A stretch of 64,000 nucleotides of DNA from Candidatus Poribacteria bacterium (GTDB taxonomy: Bacteria > Poribacteria > WGA-4E > PCPOR2b), in the NCBI GenBank assembly GCA_965218095.1, contig OZ244587.1, positions 5,824,001 through 5,888,000 of the forward strand, read 5' to 3'. Below are positions 43,898-54,844 of the stretch, piece after piece. The position numbers were made by a program, and so were the translations under genes. Position 1 is the stretch's first letter. The number at the start of each line of letters is the position of its first letter. The notes below the pieces were generated by a model. It had not been told where the DNA came from. It made no database searches and worked only from the letters and a program-made list of their open reading frames with translations.

Positions 43898-43932
43898 TCC
43901 AACCTATGGATATACTGATGTTATTTCGCTTT

Positions 43933-45021
43933 TCAAACATTAAATCGGATCGTCAAGACATCGCCATCCTGTACGACGTAATCTTTTCCTTCAAGCCACA
44001 GTAAACCCTTTTCCCTCGCTTTCGCCAGGCTGTCACACTGCACGAGTCCTGCCCAATGGATAGTTTCGGCGCGAATAAATCCAAGTGCCATATCCGTGTG
44101 GATTGCTTCCGCGGCATCGAGTGCTGTCATTCCCTGCTTGAGTGTCCAGGCTCTCAACTCACTAGAAACGACGGTGAAAAAGGTTATCAACCTGAGCAGA
44201 CGGTATGAAGCGTGGATAACCCGCGTCAGTGCGGATTCATTGAGTCCCATTTCAGCGAGGAATACCGCTGCATCTTCTGAATCAAGCTGCGCAATCTCCA
44301 TCTCCAATCTTGCAGAGAGCGTGATGATCTCAACCTGCGGCTTTTGCGCGTATTCCGCGAAAGCCGTGCGTATTTCTTCCGCCCGATTCAATTGGTCTTC
44401 ACCAATATTGAGAATCAGCAACAGCGGTTTTTGCGTCAAAAATCCGTAACCCCGTATCGCCTTTTCATCTTCAGGTAAGAAATCGATTTCTCTAAGCGCA
44501 ATGCCCGCCTCAAGTGCTTCTTTGCATCGCTCCAATACAGCGCGCTCATGTTCTAACACCGGGACTTTTTGTGCGCGAAGTTCCTTGTTAAGCCGATCTA
44601 GTCGCTTGTCGATAATCTGTAAATCGGCAACGGTGAGCTCAATGTCGATTGTCTCAATGTCCCGCTTCGCATCTACACGTCCGTCAACATGAGGCACTGA
44701 ATCCTCTTCAAAGGCACGGACGACGTGTGCCAGCGCATCAACCTCGCGCAACTCCGCAATGAGCCTTGCCTCCAACCCTTCCTTCGCAGCATCACCCTTA
44801 GAAACGCCGGCAACGTCAACATAATCAATACTTGTCGGAGTGACCTTCTTCGGGTGAAATATCGACGCCAGCGATTCTAGCCGTTCATCCGGAACTTTCA
44901 CTGAACTGATGTTTAATCCTTTTTTGGTGATATATGTTCCCGTTTCTGCCTCGGATTGTGTCAGCGCATTGAAAACAGAGGTTTTCCCGACATAGGGCAG
45001 TCCAACAATGCCAATTTTCAT
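43933..45021 (-). CDS. ychF: Redox-regulated ATPase YchF
   Basis: GIVGLPYVGKT, VPDERL, DVAG, IHTD..GFIRAE, LEGKDYVVQDGD. Confidence 0.95.
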   Translation of the reverse strand: MKIGIVGLPYVGKTSVFNALTQSEAETGTYITKKGLNISSVKVPDERLESLASIFHPKKVTPTSIDYVDVAGVSKGDAAKEGLEARLIAELREVDALAHVVRAFEEDSVPHVDGRVDAKRDIETIDIELTVADLQIIDKRLDRLNKELRAQKVPVLEHERAVLERCKEALEAGIALREIDFLPEDEKAIRGYGFLTQKPLLLILNIGEDQLNRAEEIRTAFAEYAQKPQVEIITLSARLEMEIAQLDSEDAAVFLAEMGLNESALTRVIHASYRLLRLITFFTVVSSELRAWTLKQGMTALDAAEAIHTDMALGFIRAETIHWAGLVQCDSLAKAREKGLLWLEGKDYVVQDGDVLTIRFNV

Positions 45022-45118
45022 AAGAGCTCCCCCTCGTTCCGATTTGGATAATGTAGCAAGAGCATATCACTTGAGATCGCGCGATGTCAAGGTCGTTCTC
45101 TGCGCTGAAACTAAAGCC

Positions 45119-45147
45119 TTGACGTGATTTCCCAAGTGAGGTACAAT
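45119..45147 (+). promoter_or_regulatory. Sigma70-type promoter
   Basis: TTGACG-17 bp-TACAAT. Confidence 0.6.
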
Positions 45148-45278
45148 TGAGTATCATTCGGCAGCAGACCTGCCTGACTAGGCAGGGGAACTTTAACCTG
45201 ACACCTTCATTGCATCGAGGTAAATGACACGCTCCGATTAGAAAGATCGAGGCTGCTACCGTGTGTAGAGAAAAAGCG

Positions 45279-46058
45279 ATGAGATTTCAAGGAAAATCCG
45301 TCATTGTGACCGGAGGGGCTTCAGGCATTGGAGAGGCAACAGCGAGGCTGTTTTCTGCCGAGGGGGCAAACGTCGTCATTGCTGACGTGAATCCTGCTGG
45401 CGAAGCCGTTGCACAACAACTCTGTCAGCAAGAGGAGGAAGCGATCTTTGTTCAAACCGATGTATCGAAAGCGGATGATGCAGAATGCCTGATTCAAGCG
45501 ACTTTGAGCCAATATGGTCGGTTAGACATCTTGCACAATAACGCGGGGATTCTGGTTGTTGGCGATGTCACAACAATTTCGGAAGCCGATTGGGATCGAT
45601 GCATCGACATTAACCTGAAAGGCGTCTATCTCGTTTCTAAATATGCGCTTCCTACAATGCAGGAAGCAGGCGGTGGGGTGATTATCAACACTGCCTCCAC
45701 AGCGGGGATATCCGGTGGAAGTGGTTATGCTGTCTACGGCGCATCGAAGGCAGGCATTATTCTTCTGACGCAGTGTATGGCTTTAGATTTCGCAAAACAC
45801 AATATTCGCGTCAATGCGGTTTGTCCTGGCCCAACGGCGACACCGATGATTCTTTCACCTGACGCTGACCGAGAAAGTGCACTTGAGCGATGGGCACAAG
45901 AGTTGCCAATTGGACGTGCGGGCGAACCGGAAGACACCGCCAAAGCCGTCGCTTATCTGGCGTCTGATGATGCGTCATTTGTTACGGGAAGCGCATTTGT
46001 CGTTGATGGAGGGCGCTTGCTGACCGGCATTGGACAGCGTATCGCCGTTGATACCTGA
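45279..46058 (+). CDS. SDR family oxidoreductase
   Basis: TGGASGIG, HNNAG, YGASK, VNAVCPG, VDGG. Confidence 0.92.
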   Translation: MRFQGKSVIVTGGASGIGEATARLFSAEGANVVIADVNPAGEAVAQQLCQQEEEAIFVQTDVSKADDAECLIQATLSQYGRLDILHNNAGILVVGDVTTISEADWDRCIDINLKGVYLVSKYALPTMQEAGGGVIINTASTAGISGGSGYAVYGASKAGIILLTQCMALDFAKHNIRVNAVCPGPTATPMILSPDADRESALERWAQELPIGRAGEPEDTAKAVAYLASDDASFVTGSAFVVDGGRLLTGIGQRIAVDT

Positions 46059-46305
46059 CCAGAATCGGAGTATTTGGTTAGATTATACTTGAGAGAAGTT
46101 GAGCCAGATTAGTGGGCGACGCTTCGATTTTCAAAGGTGACCAGACGGTAAGCGGCATGCTGTTGGATGGAAAGTGAAAATCGACGCCGTTCCCGCCCCT
46201 GACAATGTAGGAGTGCAGGCTAGTGTGATAGCGAGGAAGACAGATGTAGAATTGAGGGGAAGCAGTGAGAAGAAGCGCAGGAGGGGAAAGTTTTCATCGA
46301 ACAGC

Positions 46306-47148
46306 TCACTCAAGTACGAATTCGACATTGACCCGATGTGGAATAGCCCCAGATTCATATCCACGGCCCATCAGCACCCGGACGCCAGCTCTGCCTTGCT
46401 CACCATAATCAAGCGTGTAGTTGTTTACATACATGCCAACGAACCGATCTGCAAGTTCCGTTTCCATATCGCGTGCATAGGTCATTGCATATTCTAAGCC
46501 CTTCCCTCGATGCTCAAGTGAATATTGAATGCTCTGCCTGAGGAGCGATGTAATGTGGTGGATTTTCTCCTTCCCGAGATTCCGGCGGATTGCATTCACC
46601 CCCAATGGCAGCGGCAATCCGGTTTCCTCATACCACCACTTCCCCAGATCCATAACTTTGTGTAGCCCCGTGCGAGCGTAGGTCAACTGTCCTTCGTGGA
46701 TAATCAACCCTGCATCCGCCCGACCTTGTTGAACATGCGCTAAAATCTGATCGAAACGAACAACTTCCGGTTCAAAATCCGGTTGACAGAGACGCAACGT
46801 CAAGTAAGCCGTCGTCATTTTTCCGGGAATCGCGATTTTTTTACCCGCGAGCGCTTCTCTGCGCATTGGTTCCTTGGAGACGACGAGTGGTCCGTATTTA
46901 TCACCGATACTTGCCCCACAAGGCATCAAAGCGTAGTGATCGGCAACGTAAGCGTAAGCATGGACGGAGATAGCTGTCACCTCTAACTCCGCGTTGAGTG
47001 CCCGTCGATTTAAACTCTCAATGTCTTCGATAACGTGGATAATCTCGACGCCATCAGTTGGAATGAGCCCTTTAGCCAGGGCATAGAACATAAAAGCGTC
47101 ATCAGAATCAGGGCTGTGACCGATACGAATCTGTTCTGTTTGTGACAT
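46306..47148 (-). CDS. mqnD: 1,4-dihydroxy-6-naphthoate synthase (futalosine pathway)
   Basis: GHSPDSDDAFMFYAL, DIESLN, IPGKMTTA, IIHEGQLTY, LPLPLG, MYVN. Confidence 0.9.
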   Translation of the reverse strand: MSQTEQIRIGHSPDSDDAFMFYALAKGLIPTDGVEIIHVIEDIESLNRRALNAELEVTAISVHAYAYVADHYALMPCGASIGDKYGPLVVSKEPMRREALAGKKIAIPGKMTTAYLTLRLCQPDFEPEVVRFDQILAHVQQGRADAGLIIHEGQLTYARTGLHKVMDLGKWWYEETGLPLPLGVNAIRRNLGKEKIHHITSLLRQSIQYSLEHRGKGLEYAMTYARDMETELADRFVGMYVNNYTLDYGEQGRAGVRVLMGRGYESGAIPHRVNVEFVLE

Positions 47149-47406
47149 CAGTTTCTCCCATTAGCAGAACCATTTTTTGTCCCATGAAGGTATGATTACA
47201 TCGGATCTAAAATACTCGTTAGGGACAATTATGCTCATCCCTGCATCCCATTATCCTGTTTTCTATCTGAAGCCTTCCAGTACTTCACATTCTCACGGAG
47301 CTACCTGGTATATCCTGCCGATAGGGTCGAAGCCCCGTTTCTGATATATTATGCCTGCCGATTATATCAGATAATAGAATTGATGTCAAGGTGTTAAGTA
47401 GATATG

Positions 47407-47619
47407 TAGAAATTCCGGGAGGGTATACTATCATTAAATGTTTGAGAAACTGTACAGTGACAGAAATTTTTCCCTTTTCGTCGTCCACGACAAGTGATGA
47501 GTGACGAGTGATTCTCATGCATCACTTCTCACTCCTTACGCTAGACGCCAGATCACTGATGCAGAGTTGACTGACTTTCTCAAGGGTTTAATGATAGCAC
47601 ACCATGCCGGAATTTCTAA
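47407..47619. mobile_element. Inverted-repeat-bounded MITE-like element, copy 1
   Basis: GGTATACTATCATTAAATGTTTGAGAAA / TTTCTCAAGGGTTTAATGATAGCACACC; same IR family as 54845-55033. Confidence 0.65.
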
Positions 47620-47635
47620 TTAAACCAGATTTTTC

Positions 47636-47664
47636 TTGCAATTTTGTGATTGATTATGTATAAT
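47636..47664 (+). promoter_or_regulatory. Promoter of tRNA-Asn
   Basis: TTGCAA-17 bp-TATAAT. Confidence 0.7.
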
Positions 47665-47697
47665 TATCTCCCGCTTTGGAGGGGTTATCCACAATGA

Positions 47698-47770
47698 TCT
47701 CCCGTAGCTCAGCTGGTAGAGCAGGTGGCTGTTAACCACTTTGTCGGCGGTTCGAATCCGTCCGGGAGAG
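47698..47770 (+). tRNA. tRNA-Asn(GTT), CCA not encoded
   Basis: Acceptor stem TCTCCCG/CGGGAGA, D-arm GCTC..GAGC, anticodon loop CTGTTAA, T-loop TTCGAAT. Confidence 0.97.
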
Positions 47771-47775
47771 TTAAA

Positions 47776-47816
47776 TAAAGCCCCGTTTGATATTTTTGTC
47801 AAACGGGGCTTTTTTA
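47776..47816 (+). terminator. Rho-independent terminator
   Basis: AAAGCCCCGTTTGA-loop-TCAAACGGGGCTTTTTT. Confidence 0.85.
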
Positions 47817-47877
47817 TTGGCGCTGCAGCGTTCTTCCGTCCCAACAGATGCTCTGGCAATGAGTTCCTCGCACGGTG

Positions 47878-48135
47878 ATGCCCAACACAGCTTTCTATTT
47901 GTGCATGGATAAACCGTTTGATTATGAATTTCAGCTAGAAGGTCTGGAAAAACAGAATTTTTATCTAGAGGGGGATTTTGATGGACAACCTCTTGAACCA
48001 GGTATAATGACCTTCATCTATATCATCTTCTGTCCCAAAACTCGCGGGACCGGGAAAGCGCAACTCGTATTAATCAAAGATGGTATTCCGGTCTATCGAA
48101 TCGTTCTCTCCGGTCGTGGTATCGAACGAAATTGA
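47878..48135 (+). CDS. Small hypothetical protein or Ig-like fragment
   Basis: LEPG...IIFCPK..G...LSGRG resembles an ASH/Ig-like C-terminus. Confidence 0.35.
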   Translation: MPNTAFYLCMDKPFDYEFQLEGLEKQNFYLEGDFDGQPLEPGIMTFIYIIFCPKTRGTGKAQLVLIKDGIPVYRIVLSGRGIERN

Positions 48136-48183
48136 GATTGACACATTGAATCAGATGTTGTGAATTTTCAGAAAGGATTAACA

Positions 48184-50253
48184 ATGCCAGAAAAACCGAG
48201 ACACACCAACCGACTCATCAACGAAACGAGTCCTTACCTCCTGCAGCACGCACACAACCCCGTCAATTGGCATCCGTGGGGCGAAGAAGCATTGGAGCGT
48301 GCCAAGCGTGAGGACAAACCGATTCTATTGAGCATTGGCTACGCTGCGTGCCACTGGTGCCATGTTATGGAGCACGAGTCCTTTGAGAACGAACATATCG
48401 CCACGGTCATGAACGAACATTTCATTAACATCAAGGTCGACCGTGAGGAACGCCCAGACCTAGATGAAATCTACATGAACGCTGTCCAAATGCTTACCGG
48501 GCAAGGCGGCTGGCCCATGACCATGTTTCTGACGCCGGACCTCAAGCCGTTCTACGGAGGTACCTACTTTCCGCCAGACAATCGCTACGGGCGTCCGGGT
48601 TTTCCACGTGTGCTGCTTGGCATCGCGGAGGCTTACCGTGAACGTCGTGAAGCTGTGGCAGAACAATCAGAGCAAATCACTGCCAACCTGAATCAGCTCT
48701 CAGGAATGGAAGGGCACGGTCATCAGTTGACAACTGACTTGCTCGATACGGCTTTTCAGGACTACCGATCACGATTCGACGCGCGATGCGGCGGTTTCGG
48801 GCAGGCGCCCAAGTTTCCACCAAGCATGGGACTCTCCCTATTATTGCGTCACTGGCATCGTACAGGTAACCTCAATGCGCTTGAGATGGTTGAAGTCACG
48901 CTGGAAAAAATGGCGCGAGGCGGTATGTATGACCAACTCGGCGGAGGATTTCATCGCTATTCAGTCGATGAAAGATGGCTCGTTCCTCACTTTGAGAAAA
49001 TGCTCTACGACAACGCTTTGCTGACGGTAGTCTATCTGGAAGCATATCAGGCGACAGGGAAAACCTTTTATCGCCAGATCGCCATGGAAACGCTTGACTA
49101 CGTTTTACGAGAGATGTATAATACGGAAGTTGGCAGTTTCTATTCGACACAGGATGCAGACAGCGAAGGCGTTGAGGGCAAATTCTTCGTCTGGACGCCA
49201 GATGAGGTGGAAGAACTCCTTGGCCAAGAAAAAGCCAAGATTTTCTGCGAATATTATGACATAACCAAGCATGGTAATTTTGAACATAAAAACATCCTTC
49301 ATGTCCAAACTCCGGCAGATCTTTTCGCCAAAAAGCTGAGAATGGATGTGCAGAAGATAGAGGCGATACTTGCCGAAGGCAAGGGTAAGCTCTTTGAAGT
49401 TCGCGAAAAACGGATTAAGCCCGGTTTAGACGACAAAATCCTCACAAGTTGGAACGGCTTAATGATCCGGAGTATGGCAATGGGATACCAGATCCTCGGT
49501 GACGAGCGCTACCGCGAAGCCGCAGAAAAATCAGCGAGATTCATTTTAACTGAGCTCTCGCAGGATAGCAGGTTGCTGCTGCGTACTCACCGTGAGGGCA
49601 AAAGCCACCTGAACGCTTACCTTGAGGATTATTCCTACTTCGTTGCTGGCTTGATCAATCTCTACGAAGCAACCTTCGAGCTAGAGTGGCTGAAGGAAGC
49701 GCAGCAACTCAATCAGATCATGATCGAACAATTCTGGGACGATGTAAACGGCGGTTTCTTCTTTACAAGCAAGAATCACGAATCCCTCATTGTCCGCTCA
49801 AAATCCGGGTATGATGGCGCGACGCCGGCTGGCGCATCAATGGCTATCCATAATTTGTTACGGCTTGACAAACTCCTCAACCAACCAGATCTGTGGGAGA
49901 AAACGGAGACTACCCTCGATATCTATTACCATCAAATAGAGCATTCTCCCAGCGGATCGGCGCAACTGCTCTGCGAACTCGATTTTCTGCTTTCCACCCC
50001 CAAAGAGATTGCAATTGTCGGTCAGAGGGAGGGCGAGGATACCAAAGTCGCATTGGAATCTATCCATAGCCGCTTTGTTCCAAGCAAGGTGCTCGCCCTT
50101 GCCAGCGATGAAGAAGATGTCAGCGATTTCATTCCGCTCCTTGAAGGCAAAACGCAAATTGATGGCAAAGCGACAATCTATGTGTGCGAGAACTACACCT
50201 GCAAGGCACCGACGACGGATTTAGAAGAACTGGCAGGTCTGCTTCAAGAATAG
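48184..50253 (+). CDS. Thioredoxin-domain YyaL/SPATA20 family protein
   Basis: [59 protein letters not shown]. Confidence 0.94.
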   Translation: MPEKPRHTNRLINETSPYLLQHAHNPVNWHPWGEEALERAKREDKPILLSIGYAACHWCHVMEHESFENEHIATVMNEHFINIKVDREERPDLDEIYMNAVQMLTGQGGWPMTMFLTPDLKPFYGGTYFPPDNRYGRPGFPRVLLGIAEAYRERREAVAEQSEQITANLNQLSGMEGHGHQLTTDLLDTAFQDYRSRFDARCGGFGQAPKFPPSMGLSLLLRHWHRTGNLNALEMVEVTLEKMARGGMYDQLGGGFHRYSVDERWLVPHFEKMLYDNALLTVVYLEAYQATGKTFYRQIAMETLDYVLREMYNTEVGSFYSTQDADSEGVEGKFFVWTPDEVEELLGQEKAKIFCEYYDITKHGNFEHKNILHVQTPADLFAKKLRMDVQKIEAILAEGKGKLFEVREKRIKPGLDDKILTSWNGLMIRSMAMGYQILGDERYREAAEKSARFILTELSQDSRLLLRTHREGKSHLNAYLEDYSYFVAGLINLYEATFELEWLKEAQQLNQIMIEQFWDDVNGGFFFTSKNHESLIVRSKSGYDGATPAGASMAIHNLLRLDKLLNQPDLWEKTETTLDIYYHQIEHSPSGSAQLLCELDFLLSTPKEIAIVGQREGEDTKVALESIHSRFVPSKVLALASDEEDVSDFIPLLEGKTQIDGKATIYVCENYTCKAPTTDLEELAGLLQE

Positions 50254-50285
50254 GGTTATCTGGGAGATTTCGGGCAGAGGCGAAC

Positions 50286-50786
50286 ATGCACCATCAAGTG
50301 GAAGAGATCATGTACACATTTTGGATAGCCGTGCTGTTGATTGCCGCCTGCAATTCTAGTTTGCTTATCGATTCCCTGATGACATCAGAGCCATCTGAAA
50401 TTCCGACACAGACCGATGTTCGGATGCGGGCACTGGCTGCAGGAGAGTTTCGCTTGCCAGCAGCCAGTGCCTTCGGTGAAAAGGGGTTCCACGAAGTGCT
50501 GGTAGCTACCCATACCGTGCCGCAGGATTTGCGTTCTACAACTGGTATGAAGTTTGTCATCTCGCTATGGGATGCCGGGCGGCCGGGGCAAACCTGTATC
50601 CGACATCATCCCTTATCCGGGTGTGCTACGGTAGACTGGTCTGATGCAGAAGGTCGGCCCAAGGTGCCGCCTGGTGGCGTGTTTGAGAATAGCATCACTC
50701 TCCAACTCGCATCCGGAACGCAGAAGTTCTTCTTGAGCGAATCGGAAAAACTCGCCGATGCACCGGATGCCTTCAAGCCGGGTTGA
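50286..50786 (+). CDS. Hypothetical lipoprotein
   Basis: Lipobox LIAAC; C..HHPLSGC motif. Confidence 0.55.
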   Translation: MHHQVEEIMYTFWIAVLLIAACNSSLLIDSLMTSEPSEIPTQTDVRMRALAAGEFRLPAASAFGEKGFHEVLVATHTVPQDLRSTTGMKFVISLWDAGRPGQTCIRHHPLSGCATVDWSDAEGRPKVPPGGVFENSITLQLASGTQKFFLSESEKLADAPDAFKPG

Positions 50787-51051
50787 CCTCACACCGCAGT
50801 GGGCGGAGCCGCCCGCAAGTGGGAAGTAGACATAAAAGACGAAATAAGCCCTGGCAGCCAGATTAAATTTCGTCTGGTCATGACGAAATTCAACCCTCCT
50901 GATGTTCGTATCGCCTACGAAATTCGCCTGGAGCCGATTAAATGAGGGGTGTGGATAATTGAGTGTTCAAAGACTTCTGTTAAAACTGACAAATCGGCGA
51001 ACAGATTCACTGATTCGTTGATTCGTTGATTCTCAGACAAGGAGTACCATC

Positions 51052-51543
51052 ATGGACGAAAATGAATCTGACAGGAGAGAGCAGGCACTACTTTATTTAT
51101 ATGAGGGAGAAGAACACCAGATGCGTGGTGAATTCGGACCTGCAATCGAGTTGTATATGAAATCGATCGACCTCTATCCGACTGCGAAAGCGTACACATG
51201 GCTCGGCTGGACTTACAGTATGATGGGACGCCTTCAAGACGCGATCGAAGAATGTCACAAAGCCATTCGTCTGGATCCCGACTTTGGCAATCCCTACAAC
51301 GATATCGGTGCGTGTCTGATCCAACTCGGCGAACATGACGCCGCTATCCCCTGGCTGGAAAAAGCGATTCAAGCACCTGACTACGAAGCACGGTGCCATC
51401 CCCACATGAACCTGGGGCGGGTCTGGGAGCATCGGTTGGAATGGGATAAAGCAATCGAAAGTTACAAACGTGCCTTATATGAAAGTCCCGATTACGAACC
51501 CGCATTCACCGCGCTCAGAAAACTGCGGGCGAGGCTGAATTAG
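51052..51543 (+). CDS. TPR protein
   Basis: AYTWLGWTY, AIRLDPDFGNPYNDIG; SD AAGGAG. Confidence 0.85.
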   Translation: MDENESDRREQALLYLYEGEEHQMRGEFGPAIELYMKSIDLYPTAKAYTWLGWTYSMMGRLQDAIEECHKAIRLDPDFGNPYNDIGACLIQLGEHDAAIPWLEKAIQAPDYEARCHPHMNLGRVWEHRLEWDKAIESYKRALYESPDYEPAFTALRKLRARLN

Positions 51544-51691
51544 ATTATGTGAGAGTTCAAAAAGTTCAGGAGTTCAGGAGTTCATTAATGAACCAATTTA
51601 CCCATGAACTATCACCTACTTACCTACGTTTTACGCTTTACGCAATACATATTGGGCATGACTTCCAATAGCACTGAATGAGGAGAAAACA

Positions 51692-53356
51692 ATGGCAATT
51701 TTAGAAGGTGGTCAAATCATTACGAAAGTTCTAAAGCAAGAGAACGTCGAATATCTCTTCACACTCTGCGGAGGGACAATTGAATCAATCTACGAAGGGT
51801 GCCTCAACGATAGTATCGAGATCATCGACACACGCGTAGATCAATCTGCGACGATGATGGCTGATGCGTATGCGCGGGTGACAGGGAAAGTCGGCGTCAG
51901 TGGCGTCACCCGAGGACCGGGACACGCAAACATGATCTATGGGCTGGCAACAGCATACATGATGGGAAGCCCTTTATTCTCAATAAGCGGTAACAGCGAC
52001 GCCGATCAACTCGACATGGGCGGCTCTCAGGAGTACAATCAGACAGGACTGGTCAAGCCGATTACCAAATGGACACGGCTGGTCATGCAGACGGAGCGGC
52101 TGCCGGAGTATGTCGGTACAGGATTTCGTAAGGCATTGGGTGGTCGGCGAGGTCCTGTCCACTTGAGCGTCCCTTACGACATTTTATATGACAAAATTGA
52201 TGACGCAGACCTCGCTTATCCTGAACCCACAAACTCTCGTACGCAAGCCAGAGTCCACGGCGATCCGGAGCAGATTGACTGCGCACTGAAGTTGTTGGCG
52301 AAAGCCGACAATCCGGTGATCGTCGCCGGTGGCGCGATTCACTGGCAGAACGCCATCGACGCACTCTTAGATTTTGTGGAGACAACAGGAATACCGTTTT
52401 TTACGAGAGGCAGCGATGTCAACGCAATCACCCGTCCGCATCCGCTCTTCTTTGGTATGGCAACGTCGCGCTTCGCCAATGCCTCAAAGGAACTCCGCAA
52501 CGCCGATGTGATCCTCGCCTTGGATGTCAAATTCGACACAAACATCAACTACGGCAAACCACCGCTCTTTCACCGAGATGCCAAATTTATCTGCGTCGAT
52601 ATCGACCCGGAGGAGATGGGAAAAAATCGACCCTTCGAGGTTGGCATCATCGGTAATCTGCAATCCGTATTGACCGAGATGACAAATAACGTCGCCAAGC
52701 ATGATCTTCGCAAGCCAACGGATTGGATTGAACGTTTGAATCTCGCCCGTCAACGATTTTTGCAGCGCGTCGCTGAAGGGGAAAACTCAGATAGTGTTCC
52801 CGTTCATCCTCTACGCATCTGCAAGGAGGTTCGAGAATTGTTCGGAGATGACACCACAATTAGCATCGACGGTGGGGATGCCTCGCTCTTTTCACATATC
52901 GCGTTTGATCATTATCACCCATCCTACTTCCTGTTCACGGGCCCAATCGGCGGCATCGGACAAGGCGTCCCATTCGCACTGGCTGGGAAGGTGGCAAGAC
53001 CAGACCATCCAAGCGTCTTAATCTCCGGCGACGGTTCCTTCGGATACGGGCTCATCGAGTATGACACGGCGCTGAAACATAACTTACCGATCATCTCGAT
53101 TATCTCAAGCGATCGGGCGTGGGGAATTGTGAGACATCCACAGATCCAACGCTACGGGCTGGAGCGCTCCGTCGCAACAGACCTCCGATCGGTCGATTAT
53201 GAGCGGCTTGCCCAAGCCCTCGATTGTCACGGGGAACTTGTCACCAAACCAGATGAAATCTGCCCAGCCTTGCAGCGGGCTGCCGATGCGGGTGTGCCAG
53301 CGGTAATTAATGTCCCGACAATCTTCACGAGTGCGGCGGCGTTCTGTCCGCAATGA
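51692..53356 (+). CDS. Thiamine-diphosphate enzyme (acetolactate synthase / 2-hydroxyacyl-CoA lyase-like)
   Basis: FTLCGG, MADAYAR, TRGPG, GPVHL, GDGSFG ThDP motif. Confidence 0.88.
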   Translation: MAILEGGQIITKVLKQENVEYLFTLCGGTIESIYEGCLNDSIEIIDTRVDQSATMMADAYARVTGKVGVSGVTRGPGHANMIYGLATAYMMGSPLFSISGNSDADQLDMGGSQEYNQTGLVKPITKWTRLVMQTERLPEYVGTGFRKALGGRRGPVHLSVPYDILYDKIDDADLAYPEPTNSRTQARVHGDPEQIDCALKLLAKADNPVIVAGGAIHWQNAIDALLDFVETTGIPFFTRGSDVNAITRPHPLFFGMATSRFANASKELRNADVILALDVKFDTNINYGKPPLFHRDAKFICVDIDPEEMGKNRPFEVGIIGNLQSVLTEMTNNVAKHDLRKPTDWIERLNLARQRFLQRVAEGENSDSVPVHPLRICKEVRELFGDDTTISIDGGDASLFSHIAFDHYHPSYFLFTGPIGGIGQGVPFALAGKVARPDHPSVLISGDGSFGYGLIEYDTALKHNLPIISIISSDRAWGIVRHPQIQRYGLERSVATDLRSVDYERLAQALDCHGELVTKPDEICPALQRAADAGVPAVINVPTIFTSAAAFCPQ

Positions 53357-53359
53357 AAA

Positions 53360-53790
53360 TTCCAACCGAGCAGTCTCCTAGCTTTTGACAAATTAATCTC
53401 TTTCTGTTCCTCATCGCCGGCGATGAACACCGCGTCAAACACTGTGTGTTGAACGGGAATCGCCGCGAGGTAAGCCAGCACGAGGTCTTCCTCATCCGTC
53501 GCCCAGATGTGCACGGGACCGGACCTGGGTTGACTCTGCCGTTCAATCTACTGCTGACGCGTCGAGGGGCCCGTGATTCGCAGGGCGATGATCGACATAT
53601 CGTGTTCGCGGCAGAAGTATCAACAGATGCGTTCCCCGAATCCCTTTGTCAAGCCGTACACGCCGGGATTATCAAGCGGAACTTTCTCCTCCGACGGAAA
53701 CCAATTCCGCGTCCGTTCATGAACGGTGAATGTGATTGATACGATATGAAGTTGGTTTCCGATATGTCAATGGCCTTCGGCCTAGCCATC
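53360..53790 (-). pseudogene. NAD-dependent epimerase/dehydratase C-terminal remnant
   Basis: Frameshifted fragments including YGLTK and DLVLAYLAAI...INLSKARRLLGW. Confidence 0.55.
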
Positions 53791-53822
53791 TGATGTTGGA
53801 TATTGCATGACTTTCTCATATA

Positions 53823-53952
53823 GAACTTATAGCGAGTAAAACGCACTTTTCTCCCGTTAGCCTCAACGGAGTGAAAGATCTCTTGCACCTTAACGAGGAG
53901 ATTCTTCGCTACGCTCTATTAGACTTTCAAGAAACCACCCGCAATGAGTTCA
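53823..53952. mobile_element. MITE-like dispersed repeat, copy 2
   Basis: Homologous to 36421-36537; its end supplies the TGA of the adjacent ORF. Confidence 0.75.
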
Positions 53953-54294
53953 TACAAAACTGGCGACGGTCTTATTAATCATCGTGCTTTCTCTTTTGAA
54001 GCGTTGTATGATTGTTTCGCGATTAAATATCCCATCAAAGATGAGAACAGGAGGCATTTTATGGCGGTACAGTATATCTTTGCCGGCATTGACACGATTA
54101 TGTGAGAAGCCTGAATCGTTTCGCCATGTTAATGCACGCTGATCTCGCGCTATGTCATAGCACAACTGAAATCCGAGTATGTTCGTGTCCTGGTTAGACC
54201 AAACGATGAGATCAAAAAAGTCATCATGGAACCACCGACGTCGTGGCTCACCAGGAATTTGTCGGACTTTGCTTAGTGGTATTTCTGTTAGCAT
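53950..54294 (-). CDS. Conserved hypothetical protein, possibly C-terminally truncated
   Basis: VRQIPGEPRRRWF...FDLIVW...GFQLCYD...ALTW. Confidence 0.65.
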   Translation of the reverse strand: MLTEIPLSKVRQIPGEPRRRWFHDDFFDLIVWSNQDTNILGFQLCYDIARDQRALTWRNDSGFSHNRVNAGKDILYRHKMPPVLIFDGIFNRETIIQRFKRESTMINKTVASFV

Positions 54295-54397
54295 GATAAC
54301 GTAAGTTTTTGTAAACTGAGACCCGAAGGGTTTTTATGAAAGTTAAGAAGGCAATTCCAAAAAACCCGATCTTTGATTGGGGTTGAAATTTGGCCCA

Positions 54398-54814
54398 CTA
54401 AGGATTCGGTGGTGAAGTACAAATCAGTATCTCCATCGTCTCGTCGCTTGTGTTTTCGATGCCATGTTCGCACCACGGCGGCAGATGGATGAACGTGCCT
54501 GCCTCTACTTCGACTTTCTCGCCAGCGAGCGTCATTGTGCCTTGTCCGCGCAAAATGACATAGCACTCCTCTGTGTGATGGCTGCCCGACTCTAGCACAA
54601 CATGGGGCGGCACGTAGAACATCACCAGCCCTAGATTCTGGGCAGGGGCTTTCGGGTTAGCTGGATGGACGACGCGCACGCCGATTCCTTCGCAGTCAGG
54701 ATATTTCACCGGCACACCATCCTGTACCCTGACAATGTTTGGCAGCACTTTCTCTTTGGGCTTCGGAATCGGTGGCTCGCCTTCGTAACCTTTGAACATC
54801 GTAATTTTTGCCAT
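54398..54814 (-). CDS. Cupin domain protein
   Basis: HHTEECYVILRGQG, LPPWCEHGIEN; SD GAGG. Confidence 0.88.
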   Translation of the reverse strand: MAKITMFKGYEGEPPIPKPKEKVLPNIVRVQDGVPVKYPDCEGIGVRVVHPANPKAPAQNLGLVMFYVPPHVVLESGSHHTEECYVILRGQGTMTLAGEKVEVEAGTFIHLPPWCEHGIENTSDETMEILICTSPPNP

Positions 54815-54844
54815 TTATGTTACCTCACCAAATAAAAAATTGGC

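Noticed and set aside
47400-47700. Replication origin
   Set aside because: Only one DnaA box, with no box cluster and no dnaA/dnaN nearby
47698-54000. Prophage or genomic island integrated at tRNA-Asn
   Set aside because: No integrase and no duplicated tRNA 3' end seen
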